64,000 nt of DNA from the NCBI GenBank assembly GCA_964536615.1, contig CAZHYG010000001.1:6200-70199 (forward strand). The letters run 5' to 3'. This document shows positions 49,920 to 59,046 of the stretch, piece by piece (the first letter of the stretch is position 1; every line of letters starts with the position of its first letter). This DNA comes from an uncultured Gammaproteobacteria bacterium (lineage in GTDB: Bacteria > Patescibacteriota > Patescibacteriia > Magasanikbacterales > GWA2-37-8). The translations under genes and the position numbers were made by a program. The notes beneath the pieces are model-generated. The model worked only from the letters and a program-made list of their open reading frames with translations. It ran no database searches and had not been told where the DNA came from.

Positions 49920-50234
49920 ATGAAAAAAAGAACTGAAGTCCGCGTCTGCCAAAACTATTCATGCATAGAAAATGGCGCCGAAGCGGTGGTAAAAAAAATC
50001 AAACAAGAAACAGGCTTGGAGCCGGGCGAGCAAAACAAAGAAATTGATTTTGACTACGCCTGCTGTTTAGGTTGTTGTGATTTTGGGCCAAATATGCTGG
50101 TAAATGAAAACCTGGTTTTGGGCGTTACTCCCGAAAACGTAATGGGGGAGATAGAAAAAAATGCCCAGAAAAAAGCAAAAACTGCAGCTGAAAAAAGCAA
50201 AGATCTGGATAATGTCCTTGAAAACATGTTTTAA
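49920..50234 (+). CDS. Thioredoxin-like [2Fe-2S] ferredoxin (NuoE-like)
   Basis: VCQNYSC...CLGCCDFGPN; start reset to ATG 49920. Confidence 0.85.
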   Translation: MKKRTEVRVCQNYSCIENGAEAVVKKIKQETGLEPGEQNKEIDFDYACCLGCCDFGPNMLVNENLVLGVTPENVMGEIEKNAQKKAKTAAEKSKDLDNVLENMF

Positions 50235-50235
50235 T

Positions 50236-50658
50236 ATGCGTTTTTCTTTTAAAGATCTCTTTCATATCTGCGTCCCGCCTTTTATGGTGTTTCTAGTCGC
50301 AGATTCTCTTAATAATTTTTACGAACCCTACAGCACAGTGTGGTGGTGGAATGTTTTGTTTCATTTTCTGGGCGGGTTTAGCATGGCAATCAGCGGTTTG
50401 TATATACTTAGTTTTTTTAAACGCATCGGCACCATGAGCACAACCAGCGCAGTAGTAGATGCTGTTCTGGTAATTTTGTTTACCATGTCCATGGCCGTAT
50501 GCTGGGAATTTTATGAATTTTTATCGGATACTTTTTTATATACCCATGCTCAAGCCAGTAATTTTGACACTATGAAGGATCTGTTTATGGGCACTTTGGG
50601 CGCTACGGTTTTTTCTGTTTCAAATTTAGTCTGGACTCGCGCTGGGTTCAAAAAATAA
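50236..50658 (+). CDS. Membrane protein (DUF2238/VanZ-like)
   Basis: HFLGG, WEFYEF, DTMKDL..G..G. Confidence 0.75.
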   Translation: MRFSFKDLFHICVPPFMVFLVADSLNNFYEPYSTVWWWNVLFHFLGGFSMAISGLYILSFFKRIGTMSTTSAVVDAVLVILFTMSMAVCWEFYEFLSDTFLYTHAQASNFDTMKDLFMGTLGATVFSVSNLVWTRAGFKK

Positions 50659-50703
50659 TAATCTTTGCTTTTTTGGCTAGTTTTTGCTAGTATTACCTGT
50701 ATT

Positions 50704-51375
50704 ATGACAGGTACGCTATACATAGTAGCCACGCCGATTGGTAATTTAGGCGATATAACTTTGCGCGCTTTAGAAACACTTAAAAGCGTAGATATTGTGT
50801 TATGCGAAGATACTCGTGTAACCAAAAATCTGCTAGAGCACTTTCAGATTAGCAAAACACTTTCTAGCTACCACCAGCACTCAGACATGAAAAAAATAAA
50901 AGAAATTGTGTCTATGTTGGAAGAGGGAAAAAATATGGCTCTGGTTACCGATGCTGGCACGCCTGGAATCAGCGACCCGGGCGGCGTGCTTATTGCCCAA
51001 ATTGTAAAGTTTGCCCCACAAATCGCGGTTATATCAATTCCTGGACCATCGGCAATTGTAGCAGCTTTGTCTATCTCAGGTTTTCCTACGGACAAGTTTG
51101 TTTTTATGGGTTTTCCTCCGCACAAAAACAAGCGACAAAAATTTTTTAAAGAAGCTGCTGCTACTGAGCATACGGTGGTATTTTATGAATCCGGACATAG
51201 AATAAAAAAATGTTTGCAAGAATTAAAAGAAGTTCTTGATCCAAAAAGACAGCTTATGGTATGTAGAGAAATTACCAAAAAATTTGAAACGGTTTATAGA
51301 GGCACGATTGATCAGGTAGTAGAAAGCATGCAAGATGAGCGAGGGGAGTTTGTGGTTGTGATTAATTCTAAGTAA
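50704..51375 (+). CDS. rsmI: 16S rRNA C1402 2'-O-methyltransferase
   Basis: LYIVATPIGNLGDIT.RA, CEDTR, DAGTPGISDPG, FYES. Confidence 0.96.
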   Translation: MTGTLYIVATPIGNLGDITLRALETLKSVDIVLCEDTRVTKNLLEHFQISKTLSSYHQHSDMKKIKEIVSMLEEGKNMALVTDAGTPGISDPGGVLIAQIVKFAPQIAVISIPGPSAIVAALSISGFPTDKFVFMGFPPHKNKRQKFFKEAAATEHTVVFYESGHRIKKCLQELKEVLDPKRQLMVCREITKKFETVYRGTIDQVVESMQDERGEFVVVINSK

Positions 51376-51381
51376 AAATAC

Positions 51382-51813
51382 ATGAATAAAGAACACGAAA
51401 AATTTACCGTCAGTCAGTGGGGTGCATTAATCCGTGATAAAAAATGCTTAATTATTCGTGCTCCTGGTAATGATTACTGGGAATTGCCTGGAGGTAGGAT
51501 AGAGGTGGAAGAGTTAGACAGCTCAACCGCCGAAGAGGCGTTTCGCCGAGAAATCAAAGAAGAATTAGGCCTGGATGATTTTGAGATTATGCGCCCGCTT
51601 GGATCTATGATTGGCTATACGTTAAAAAACCATACTCCAACCTGCCGCATAATTTATGAAATTAAAAATAATACTGCGGACATTAAATTAAGTAGTGAAC
51701 ACGAAGAATCTTATTGGGTTAGTCTGGAAGAGCTGGAGAATTTTATATATAGTCCACTGAAAAATTCGGTTGAGTTAAAAGATATCATAAAAAACGCACT
51801 TGCTGAAAATTAA
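51382..51813 (+). CDS. NUDIX hydrolase
   Basis: WELPGG.IE...EA..REIKEELG, LSSEH. Confidence 0.9.
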   Translation: MNKEHEKFTVSQWGALIRDKKCLIIRAPGNDYWELPGGRIEVEELDSSTAEEAFRREIKEELGLDDFEIMRPLGSMIGYTLKNHTPTCRIIYEIKNNTADIKLSSEHEESYWVSLEELENFIYSPLKNSVELKDIIKNALAEN

Positions 51814-51839
51814 AATAAGTTTTATTTCACTCACTTTGT

Positions 51840-53369
51840 ATGAAAAATAAATATTATCTCACCACTGCCATTCCATACGCCAATGCCAAGCCGCATATTG
51901 GCCATGCCTTAGAATTTTTGTATACCGATGTGATGGCCCGCTACCAGCGCCTGCTGGGCAAGGATGTGTATTTTCTTACTGGCACCGATGAGCATGGCCA
52001 GAAAATGCTTAAAACTGCCAAAGAAGACGGTAAAACCGTAGAAGAATTTGCCGCAGAAAAATCCGCGCAGTTTTTGCGCTTAGCCGATGAGTGGAATATT
52101 TCCAATAATGATTTTATTCGTACGACCGAAAATCGCCACATGCAATCTGCACAAGAGCTCTGGAAAAAATCTCTGGCCAATGGTGATATCTATAAAAAAA
52201 CCTATACCGGCTTATACTGCGTTGGCTGTGAATCGTTTAAGGTAGAAAAAGATTTGGTAGATGGCAAATGCCCAGACCATAACCGCGTGCCGGAAACTTT
52301 GTCCGAAGAAAATTATTTTTTTAAACTTTCTAAGTACCAAAAACAAATAGAGGGTTTATTTGAACAAAATCCAAATTTTGTCTATCCGGAACATCGTTAT
52401 AAAGAAATGAAAAATATTCTTAAAAATGGCTTGGAAGACGTGAGCATCTCAAGAGTAAAAGAAAAACTGCCATGGGGCGTGCCGGTGCCAGATGACGAAA
52501 ATCAGGTGATGTATGTTTGGTTTGACGCGCTTACCAATTATATCTCCGCGCTGGGGTGGGGAAGGCAAGACAACGAGCTGCTTAACAAATTTTGGCCGGC
52601 CGATGCTCATGTAATTGGAAAAGAAATTAATCGGTTCCATTCGCTCTTATGGCCAGCGATGCTTTTGTCTGCAGGTGTGGAAGTGCCAAAACAAATTGCG
52701 GTGCATGGCTGGATAACCGTAGATGGTCAGAAAATGAGCAAAAGCGTAGGTAATGTAATTGACCCTCTGGAACTAGTGCAAAAATATCCTTTGGAAGCCG
52801 TGCGATATTTTTTGATGCGTGAAATATTGTTTGATAATGATGGTGATTTTTCGTATGCCAAATTTAATGAACGTTACCAGGCAGATTTAGCAAATGGTTT
52901 GGGCAACCTTACCAATCGCGTACTTGTTATGATTGAAAAATATTGCGACAGCACAATTCCGGAAACATCCAAAGTAGACAACGAAATTATTGAACAGGTA
53001 TCTAAAATTTATGCGGAATACCAGCAGGGCATGGAAGCTTGGCGGTTTGACCGAGCCTTGGAATCAGTTTGGAAATTTATTACATATTGCGATCAAATGA
53101 TTTCAGACAGGCAGCCATGGGCAATGATAAAAGCAGGCAAAGAAGACGAAGTAAAAGATTTGTTGCATCATTTGGCAGAAGGGCTTCGTCATATTGCTGT
53201 AATGATTTTGCCTATCATGCCTGAAACAGCCGAAAAAATCATGACACAGCTAGGTTTGGATTTTGCCGCTGAATGCGCTAAGCCTTTATCTGAATTGCAA
53301 AATTGGGTACAATTAGTGGTAGGAAATACTATTAAAAAACCCGAACAGCTCTTCCCGCGTTTGGGATAA
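51840..53369 (+). CDS. metG: Methionine-tRNA ligase
   Basis: HIGH, TGTDEHG, YVWFDAL, KMSKS. Confidence 0.97.
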   Translation: MKNKYYLTTAIPYANAKPHIGHALEFLYTDVMARYQRLLGKDVYFLTGTDEHGQKMLKTAKEDGKTVEEFAAEKSAQFLRLADEWNISNNDFIRTTENRHMQSAQELWKKSLANGDIYKKTYTGLYCVGCESFKVEKDLVDGKCPDHNRVPETLSEENYFFKLSKYQKQIEGLFEQNPNFVYPEHRYKEMKNILKNGLEDVSISRVKEKLPWGVPVPDDENQVMYVWFDALTNYISALGWGRQDNELLNKFWPADAHVIGKEINRFHSLLWPAMLLSAGVEVPKQIAVHGWITVDGQKMSKSVGNVIDPLELVQKYPLEAVRYFLMREILFDNDGDFSYAKFNERYQADLANGLGNLTNRVLVMIEKYCDSTIPETSKVDNEIIEQVSKIYAEYQQGMEAWRFDRALESVWKFITYCDQMISDRQPWAMIKAGKEDEVKDLLHHLAEGLRHIAVMILPIMPETAEKIMTQLGLDFAAECAKPLSELQNWVQLVVGNTIKKPEQLFPRLG

Positions 53370-53378
53370 AATATTTTT

Positions 53379-53903
53379 ATGTCATTATTTGACATTATTC
53401 TGCTTCTTATCATTGCCGGATTTGCTTTGTTTGGTTTGTGGTTTGGCTTAGTGCGTACAGTTGGTTCGCTGATCGGCACTGCGGTTGGCGTATATGTAGC
53501 CAGTCGATACTACGAACAGCTGGCTAATTGGATTATCAATCTTACCGGTTGGAACCAAAATTATGTTAAAGTCATAATATTCATTGTTTCGTTTCTTCTC
53601 ATTACTCGCATAGTTGGTTTAATTTTCTGGCTCATAGAAAAAGTATTATCAATTTTTACTCGATTGCCTTTTTTGCACAGCATAGATCGAATACTCGGCT
53701 TTGTTTTAGGGGCGCTTGAAGGCGCGCTCATGGTCGGTGTATCATTATTTTTCATCGCTCGTTTTCCTATTGGTTTGCCGTTTATGGAGGGTTTGGCACA
53801 GTCACAGGTGGCGCCGCCGCTCGTTCGTTTAGCCTCTATTCTTATTCCTTTGTTTCCCGAAGCGTTGCGCATACTGCGCAGCACCGTAGACAGTATTTTG
53901 TAA
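53379..53903 (+). CDS. CvpA family membrane protein
   Basis: DIILL....G...GLVR, IDRILGFVLG. Confidence 0.88.
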   Translation: MSLFDIILLLIIAGFALFGLWFGLVRTVGSLIGTAVGVYVASRYYEQLANWIINLTGWNQNYVKVIIFIVSFLLITRIVGLIFWLIEKVLSIFTRLPFLHSIDRILGFVLGALEGALMVGVSLFFIARFPIGLPFMEGLAQSQVAPPLVRLASILIPLFPEALRILRSTVDSIL

Positions 53904-53906
53904 TCT

Positions 53907-54761
53907 ATGTTTGACACTCATTGCCACGTTCAATTTAACGGATTTAAAAACGATGCTTTGGAAGTTGTAAAAAAATGCGGAGAAAAAAAGATGGTTTTAA
54001 ATTTAGTTGGTACGCAAAAAGATACCAGCCGCGCCGGAGTAGAGATGGCCGAAAAATTTCCATTTACATATGCTAGCATTGGTTTACATCCGGTCCATTT
54101 ATTTTCTACCCATATAGACGAAGAAGAGAGCAGTTTTTTGTCGCGTGAAGAAGATTTTGATTACGATTATTATAAACAGCTAGGGCAGAGCAAAAAAGTT
54201 ATTGCTGTAGGGGAGTGCGGTTTGGATTTGTACCGTATGCCCGAAGGCAGGACGCGTGAAGAAGTTTTGGAAAAACAAAAGAAAACATTTGCTTTGCAGT
54301 TTAAACTCGCTCAGGAGCTTGGAGTGGCGCTGGTAATTCATGTTCGGGAAGCGCATGCGGAAATGATAGAACTGCTTAAAAGTTTAATGCAAGAATATAA
54401 CATGCTATCAGTGCGCGGAACGGTGCATTGCTATACCGGAGATTGGAAATTTGCTGAACAATACTTAAGCTTAGGGTTGCATATTGGTTTTACCGGTGTA
54501 ATAACATTTCCTCCTAAAAAATCAGATCCTCAGACTCAGACTGATCTACTAGAAGCGGTAAAAAATATTCCGCTAGAAAAAATTGTGGTGGAAACCGACG
54601 CTCCGTATTTGGCGCCAATTCCTTTTAGAGGCAGGCGCTGCGAGCCGCTAATGGTAGAACATACCATCAGAAAAATTGCCGAATTAAAACACGTGTCTTT
54701 TGAAGATGCTGAGCGTGCAACTACGGACAATGCGCTTAAGCTGTTTAATATTACTCTATAA
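53907..54761 (+). CDS. tatD: TatD family hydrolase
   Basis: DTHCH, GLHP, GECGLD, IHVRE, HCY, ETDAPYLAP. Confidence 0.95.
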   Translation: MFDTHCHVQFNGFKNDALEVVKKCGEKKMVLNLVGTQKDTSRAGVEMAEKFPFTYASIGLHPVHLFSTHIDEEESSFLSREEDFDYDYYKQLGQSKKVIAVGECGLDLYRMPEGRTREEVLEKQKKTFALQFKLAQELGVALVIHVREAHAEMIELLKSLMQEYNMLSVRGTVHCYTGDWKFAEQYLSLGLHIGFTGVITFPPKKSDPQTQTDLLEAVKNIPLEKIVVETDAPYLAPIPFRGRRCEPLMVEHTIRKIAELKHVSFEDAERATTDNALKLFNITL

Positions 54762-54826
54762 AAATGCGAATGCCCTGCCTCGAGAATCGAGAGCAGGGCG
54801 AGGGACGACAGGTGGGGCGGTAGGGC

Positions 54827-54982
54827 CTAGTCCAGGTAGGTGCGCGGAGTGTCACCTTTCTTGTTGCGGATTGCTCCGTAAAAGAATAGAACCCCCACTA
54901 CCGCGCAGAACGTAGCTACCTGCGCACCGTCGAGCAGGAACTGCACTGCTCGGTGCCTCAAATTGTCTATGGTCGTCGCCAT
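54827..54982 (-). CDS. 51-aa single-TM peptide (not in ORF track)
   Basis: MATTIDNLRHRAVQFLLDGAQVATFCAVVGVLFFYGAIRNKKGDTPRTYLD; perfect AAGGAGG SD; GC hairpin terminator ~54765-54800. Confidence 0.75.
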   Translation of the reverse strand: MATTIDNLRHRAVQFLLDGAQVATFCAVVGVLFFYGAIRNKKGDTPRTYLD

Positions 54983-55408
54983 GGATCCTCCTTGTGTTTC
55001 TACCGTAGCACAACCAAGATAGAGAAGTAAATAGCCATAAAATCGCTTAAAAGCAAAAAACCCGCACCAATCTTTCTGGCTGTATGGTACAGCACTAGAT
55101 TGATGCGGTCGGAGCAGCCTTGGAAAAGCTGGTCCACTTTGTCATGCCGGGTTCTTCTACCTTCCCTTGATGAGGCAGAGGAAGAAGAGCGCCCAGTCTT
55201 TCATGGTATTTGGCCACATGAGCATGTATCCCATATATCATATTTTACCAAAAAAGTCAATACCTAAACCAAACAAAAAACCACGCCTTTAAGCGTAGTT
55301 TTTTGTTATGTTTGTTCTTTAACGAAGTTCGCCGTCATCGCTTTGTAGACAATATAATTATCTATAAAGCGACTCGTGACGGCGAACATGTTAATTGGTC
55401 TGAAGCAT

Positions 55409-55711
55409 TCAGCCGATGACTGGCTGATCGCCCGCAGGAACCCGCCGGCCATTGACCTCCCGGGCCACCACCACCGTTCCCACATCCACCACCGTTGTCT
55501 CCCCCCAGTCATCACCCCAGAGATCGTCGATCGGAGGCTCCTCCGCCTCCATTTCGATCACCACCATTGCCGGAGGCGAAGGGGGAGAGTGCAGAGGGGT
55601 AGGCTTCTTTTCCGCAGAGAAAGTGACAAAATCGCCACTTCTCGCACGCGGCATCTCATCGTCGAGAGCCGCATCAACAAACCAGTCCAGTTCTAGATCG
55701 ATGTCTTCCAT
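55409..55711 (-). CDS. Acidic, probably disordered 100-aa protein, SD-led class
   Basis: GAGGAG SD, TTGACA-17-TATATT promoter (55880-55852), 5' and 3' hairpins. Confidence 0.65.
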   Translation of the reverse strand: MEDIDLELDWFVDAALDDEMPRARSGDFVTFSAEKKPTPLHSPPSPPAMVVIEMEAEEPPIDDLWGDDWGETTVVDVGTVVVAREVNGRRVPAGDQPVIG

Positions 55712-56028
55712 CTTTATCTTTTCTCCTCAAACTGAAGATGCGTGCATCCCCTTGGGTGCGCGCGGGATCGGGTTAAAGTAACCTAAGGGGAGAAAAAGCG
55801 TTAAATTACCGCTCTTTTTCCCCTTGACTACTCATTGTTAAAGAACAACTCAATATATAGCTATTTTGCTATTTTGTCAATAGATATATACCCATAATAG
55901 GTTTAAAAGTTACATTTTTGGCTAAAATAAGCAATTTTAGCTCTGTTTAAACAAAAAAAGCCTTGACTTTCAAAGCTTTTTTTGTCTTGTGGGTGCCCGT
56001 GAACCCTTGTTCACCGAAGCACCCAACC

Positions 56029-56385
56029 CTATTTGCCACCAAGCACCTGGCGCAAGCATGCAGTCCTGATCCGACTAGCATCAGGCAGACCTTCACCTCG
56101 CAAGATTTGCCAAATGCCCATTGAACCACCTTCCAAAAGCGTAGTCAGGCTAAAGATCTTGCCCTTTTTAGGGCCTTCCAAGATCTTACACCCGATCCTA
56201 GCCTCTCCAGGGGGTTGTGGAATGCCAGCAGATTCTGAGCTCAAGAACTCAATTTCAATCAGACAACTCCATTCGGGAGGGGTAATTTCCCCAATCAGGA
56301 TTTGCGCTGCACCACCTTCTTGAGCGGAGCGAACACTGGCCTCCAAACCGTAACCACGAAAAGTCTTCAGAATTTTTTCCAGCAT
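56029..56385 (-). CDS. Hypothetical protein, SD-led class
   Basis: GAGGGAG before ATG 56385; 3' hairpin gggtgc...gcaccc. Confidence 0.6.
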   Translation of the reverse strand: MLEKILKTFRGYGLEASVRSAQEGGAAQILIGEITPPEWSCLIEIEFLSSESAGIPQPPGEARIGCKILEGPKKGKIFSLTTLLEGGSMGIWQILRGEGLPDASRIRTACLRQVLGGK

Positions 56386-56570
56386 ACTCCCTCGCATTGT
56401 TGCGGGTTTTTGGTAGGGTTTTACCATTCAAAGCCATCACTGGCCAGAACAGATTATCTTGAAACTAGCAAAAAAACTGCCTCTGGTCAATATATGGGGG
56501 TAGATTTTTCAAAATCCTTGACTTTGTCAAGAAATATATGTAAAATAATCGCGTCATTTGTTTCTTAGGT

Positions 56571-56870
56571 ATGCAAGATTCACAATCACCCAAACCAACA
56601 AGTCGAGACTATCAAATTCTCGGCCTAAAGATAGTAGGGGATTTTGGCGCTTCTATTGCCATACCGGTAGTAGTATTTGTTCTCATCGGTCAATATTTTG
56701 ATAAGAAATATAACACTGGGCCCTGGTTAACAATTTTGGCCTTCATTATCTCGGCTTGCATTTCAGCAAAAATAATACACCAAAAAGCCAAGAGATATGG
56801 AGCGGAATACAAAACACTCAATGACGCAAGCAGAATAAATAAAGATATTTCAGAAAAAAATAATTTTTAG
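56571..56870 (+). CDS. AtpZ/AtpI family protein
   Basis: Two TMs, G.YFD.KYNTGPW; first gene of the atp operon. Confidence 0.85.
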   Translation: MQDSQSPKPTSRDYQILGLKIVGDFGASIAIPVVVFVLIGQYFDKKYNTGPWLTILAFIISACISAKIIHQKAKRYGAEYKTLNDASRINKDISEKNNF

Positions 56871-56885
56871 CAGCATTGCCTTACT

Positions 56886-57674
56886 ATGGAATCACATATC
56901 CCAACCCTTGCTCCGGAAACATTATTTCATATTGGAAAATTGCCTATTACTAACACCATAATCAATACATGGTTGGCGCTCTTGATTTTTTTACTCATCG
57001 GTTTATCTCTACGAAAAAAAATAAAATTAAAACCAGGAAAAACTCAAAACTTCATTGAGTTTTTTTTGGAAAAATTATTTGTTTATTTTGACCAAGTAAC
57101 AGGGGATCGTAAAAAAACCATGCAGTTTTTGCCGATTGTCGGTTCTATCTTTTTCTTCATCCTATTATCCAACTGGCTTGGCCTGCTTCCCGGAACAGGC
57201 AGTATTATTGCCGGAGAAGCTCCTTTGCTTCGCCCAGCCAACACCGATCTGAATTTAACCGTCGCCATGGCCTTAGTATCAGTAATTTCTTCGCATATTT
57301 TTGGATTGTTTAGTGTTGGATTTTTTACTCATATAAATAAATTTATTCAGATCGGCACTTTTGTTAAAAGTTTAACAAAAGGACCTGTGGCTATTTTCAC
57401 CGCAGTCATTGAACTGGCAGTCGGTCTTATTGAAATCGTCAGCGAAATGGCCAAGGTTCTTTCGTTATCACTCAGATTATTCGGAAATATTTTTGCCGGT
57501 GAAGTTCTAATCTCTGTTATTAGCAGTATCGCCGCAGCGTTTGTCCCTGCGCCATTTATGATGTTAGAAATTTTAGTTGGACTTATCCAGGCCAGCGTAT
57601 TCACCATGCTTACGCTCGTATACTTAACAGTTATGACCACCAAACCGCATGGCTCTCACGAAGAAAAACATTAA
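56886..57674 (+). CDS. atpB: ATP synthase subunit a
   Basis: NWLGLLPG, LSLSLRLFGNIFAGE, IQA.VF..L. Confidence 0.97.
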   Translation: MESHIPTLAPETLFHIGKLPITNTIINTWLALLIFLLIGLSLRKKIKLKPGKTQNFIEFFLEKLFVYFDQVTGDRKKTMQFLPIVGSIFFFILLSNWLGLLPGTGSIIAGEAPLLRPANTDLNLTVAMALVSVISSHIFGLFSVGFFTHINKFIQIGTFVKSLTKGPVAIFTAVIELAVGLIEIVSEMAKVLSLSLRLFGNIFAGEVLISVISSIAAAFVPAPFMMLEILVGLIQASVFTMLTLVYLTVMTTKPHGSHEEKH

Positions 57675-57792
57675 TTCCTTTTTTTAGCCTGTTATTTTAT
57701 AACAAGCTGAAATATTAATTAATTTAAGATATTGCCCGCGAGGTAAAATTCCCAACCCCCTCGACCGGCGTCAATATCAGAAAGGCAAACAT

Positions 57793-58014
57793 ATGGATCA
57801 TGAATCCATTGTAACATTGGCCAAAGGTTTAACTATGGCCATCGGCGGTTTGGCACCAGCATTGGCCATCGGCAGCTTGGTTTCAAAAGCTATGGAAGCT
57901 ATTGGACGCAATCCAGAAGCTTCAGATAAATTATTCGTACCGATGCTTCTTGGCGCAGCTTTCGCTGAAGCTATCGCTATTTACGCCCTCGTGGTTGTAT
58001 TTACTTTGAAGTAA
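57793..58014 (+). CDS. atpE: ATP synthase subunit c
   Basis: IGRNPEA, AFAEAIAIYALV. Confidence 0.97.
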   Translation: MDHESIVTLAKGLTMAIGGLAPALAIGSLVSKAMEAIGRNPEASDKLFVPMLLGAAFAEAIAIYALVVVFTLK

Positions 58015-58080
58015 TTTGATCAATTTGATCTGTCATTTTGGCAGGTCAAATTGCATGGAGTTATTTAATACAAAATATTT

Positions 58081-58641
58081 ATGTTTACAGAAATTGCATA
58101 CGCATCCAAAACAGCCGTTCGCGCCACCGAAACAGCCGCCGCTGATGAAACAGTGTTAAGCTCGCTCGGAATCAACAGCACTTTGTTTATTTTTCAACTT
58201 ATCAACTTTGCATTAGTAGCATCAATTGTTTGGTTTTTAATTTTAAAACCACTTACCAAGAAAATGGCTGAACGCCAAAAAATGATTGATGACAGTATTG
58301 ATAATGCAAAAAAAATTGAAACCAATCTTGGTATGAGCGAGCGAAAATACCAGGAAAAAATTGACCAGGCAAAAGTTGATGCCAATAAAATTATTGAAAA
58401 GGCTCAGCAAGAATCTGTGCTGGTTGCCGAAGCGGCAAAAGAAAAAACACGCAAAGAAATTGAAGCATTAGTCGAAACTGCGCGCAAGAATATTAAAAGC
58501 GAACGCGACGAATCTATTCGTGAAATTAAAGAACAGGCAGCGGCTGTTATTGTTTCTGCTGCGGAAAAAATTATCGGCTCCAGCCTAAGCGTTGAAAAAG
58601 ACAATAAGATAATCGAAGAAGCGATTAAAAAAATGAACTAA
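58081..58641 (+). CDS. atpF: ATP synthase subunit b
   Basis: FQLINF...KPL...M.ER...I, coiled coil, AAEKII. Confidence 0.94.
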   Translation: MFTEIAYASKTAVRATETAAADETVLSSLGINSTLFIFQLINFALVASIVWFLILKPLTKKMAERQKMIDDSIDNAKKIETNLGMSERKYQEKIDQAKVDANKIIEKAQQESVLVAEAAKEKTRKEIEALVETARKNIKSERDESIREIKEQAAAVIVSAAEKIIGSSLSVEKDNKIIEEAIKKMN

Positions 58642-58645
58642 TTTT

Positions 58646-59035
58646 ATGGCAAAACAAAGCAATATACAATTTGCCAAAGCGTTATACGAGGTTACGGAAC
58701 ACGCCCCGCAATCTGCTTTACCTGAAATTGTAAAACAGTTTTTACTTGTACTGCAAAAAAATAACAGGCTAAAAAAAATAAATTATATCCTAGATGAATT
58801 TATTGCCTATTCAAAAAAACAATCGGGTATTACCACAGTAGAGTTGGAGACAGCGCAATCAATATCCGATCAGGTTATCCAGCAAATAAAGAAAAAATTT
58901 GGCAATAAAGTTGAAATAGAACATGCCATAAACCCAAAACTGCTCGGCGGAATAAAGATAAAGATAGAAGACAGCGTATACGACGCGAGCGTGCAAACTC
59001 AACTTAATAAATTAAAGAAAACCTTACAAGCATAA
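58646..59035 (+). CDS. atpH: ATP synthase subunit delta (short)
   Basis: [27 protein letters not shown]. Confidence 0.92.
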   Translation: MAKQSNIQFAKALYEVTEHAPQSALPEIVKQFLLVLQKNNRLKKINYILDEFIAYSKKQSGITTVELETAQSISDQVIQQIKKKFGNKVEIEHAINPKLLGGIKIKIEDSVYDASVQTQLNKLKKTLQA

Positions 59036-59046
59036 TTAAAATCCGT

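Noticed and set aside
55376-55781. Plus-strand ORFs 55376-55696 and 55452-55781
   Set aside because: Promoter, SD and terminator all support the minus-strand ORF.
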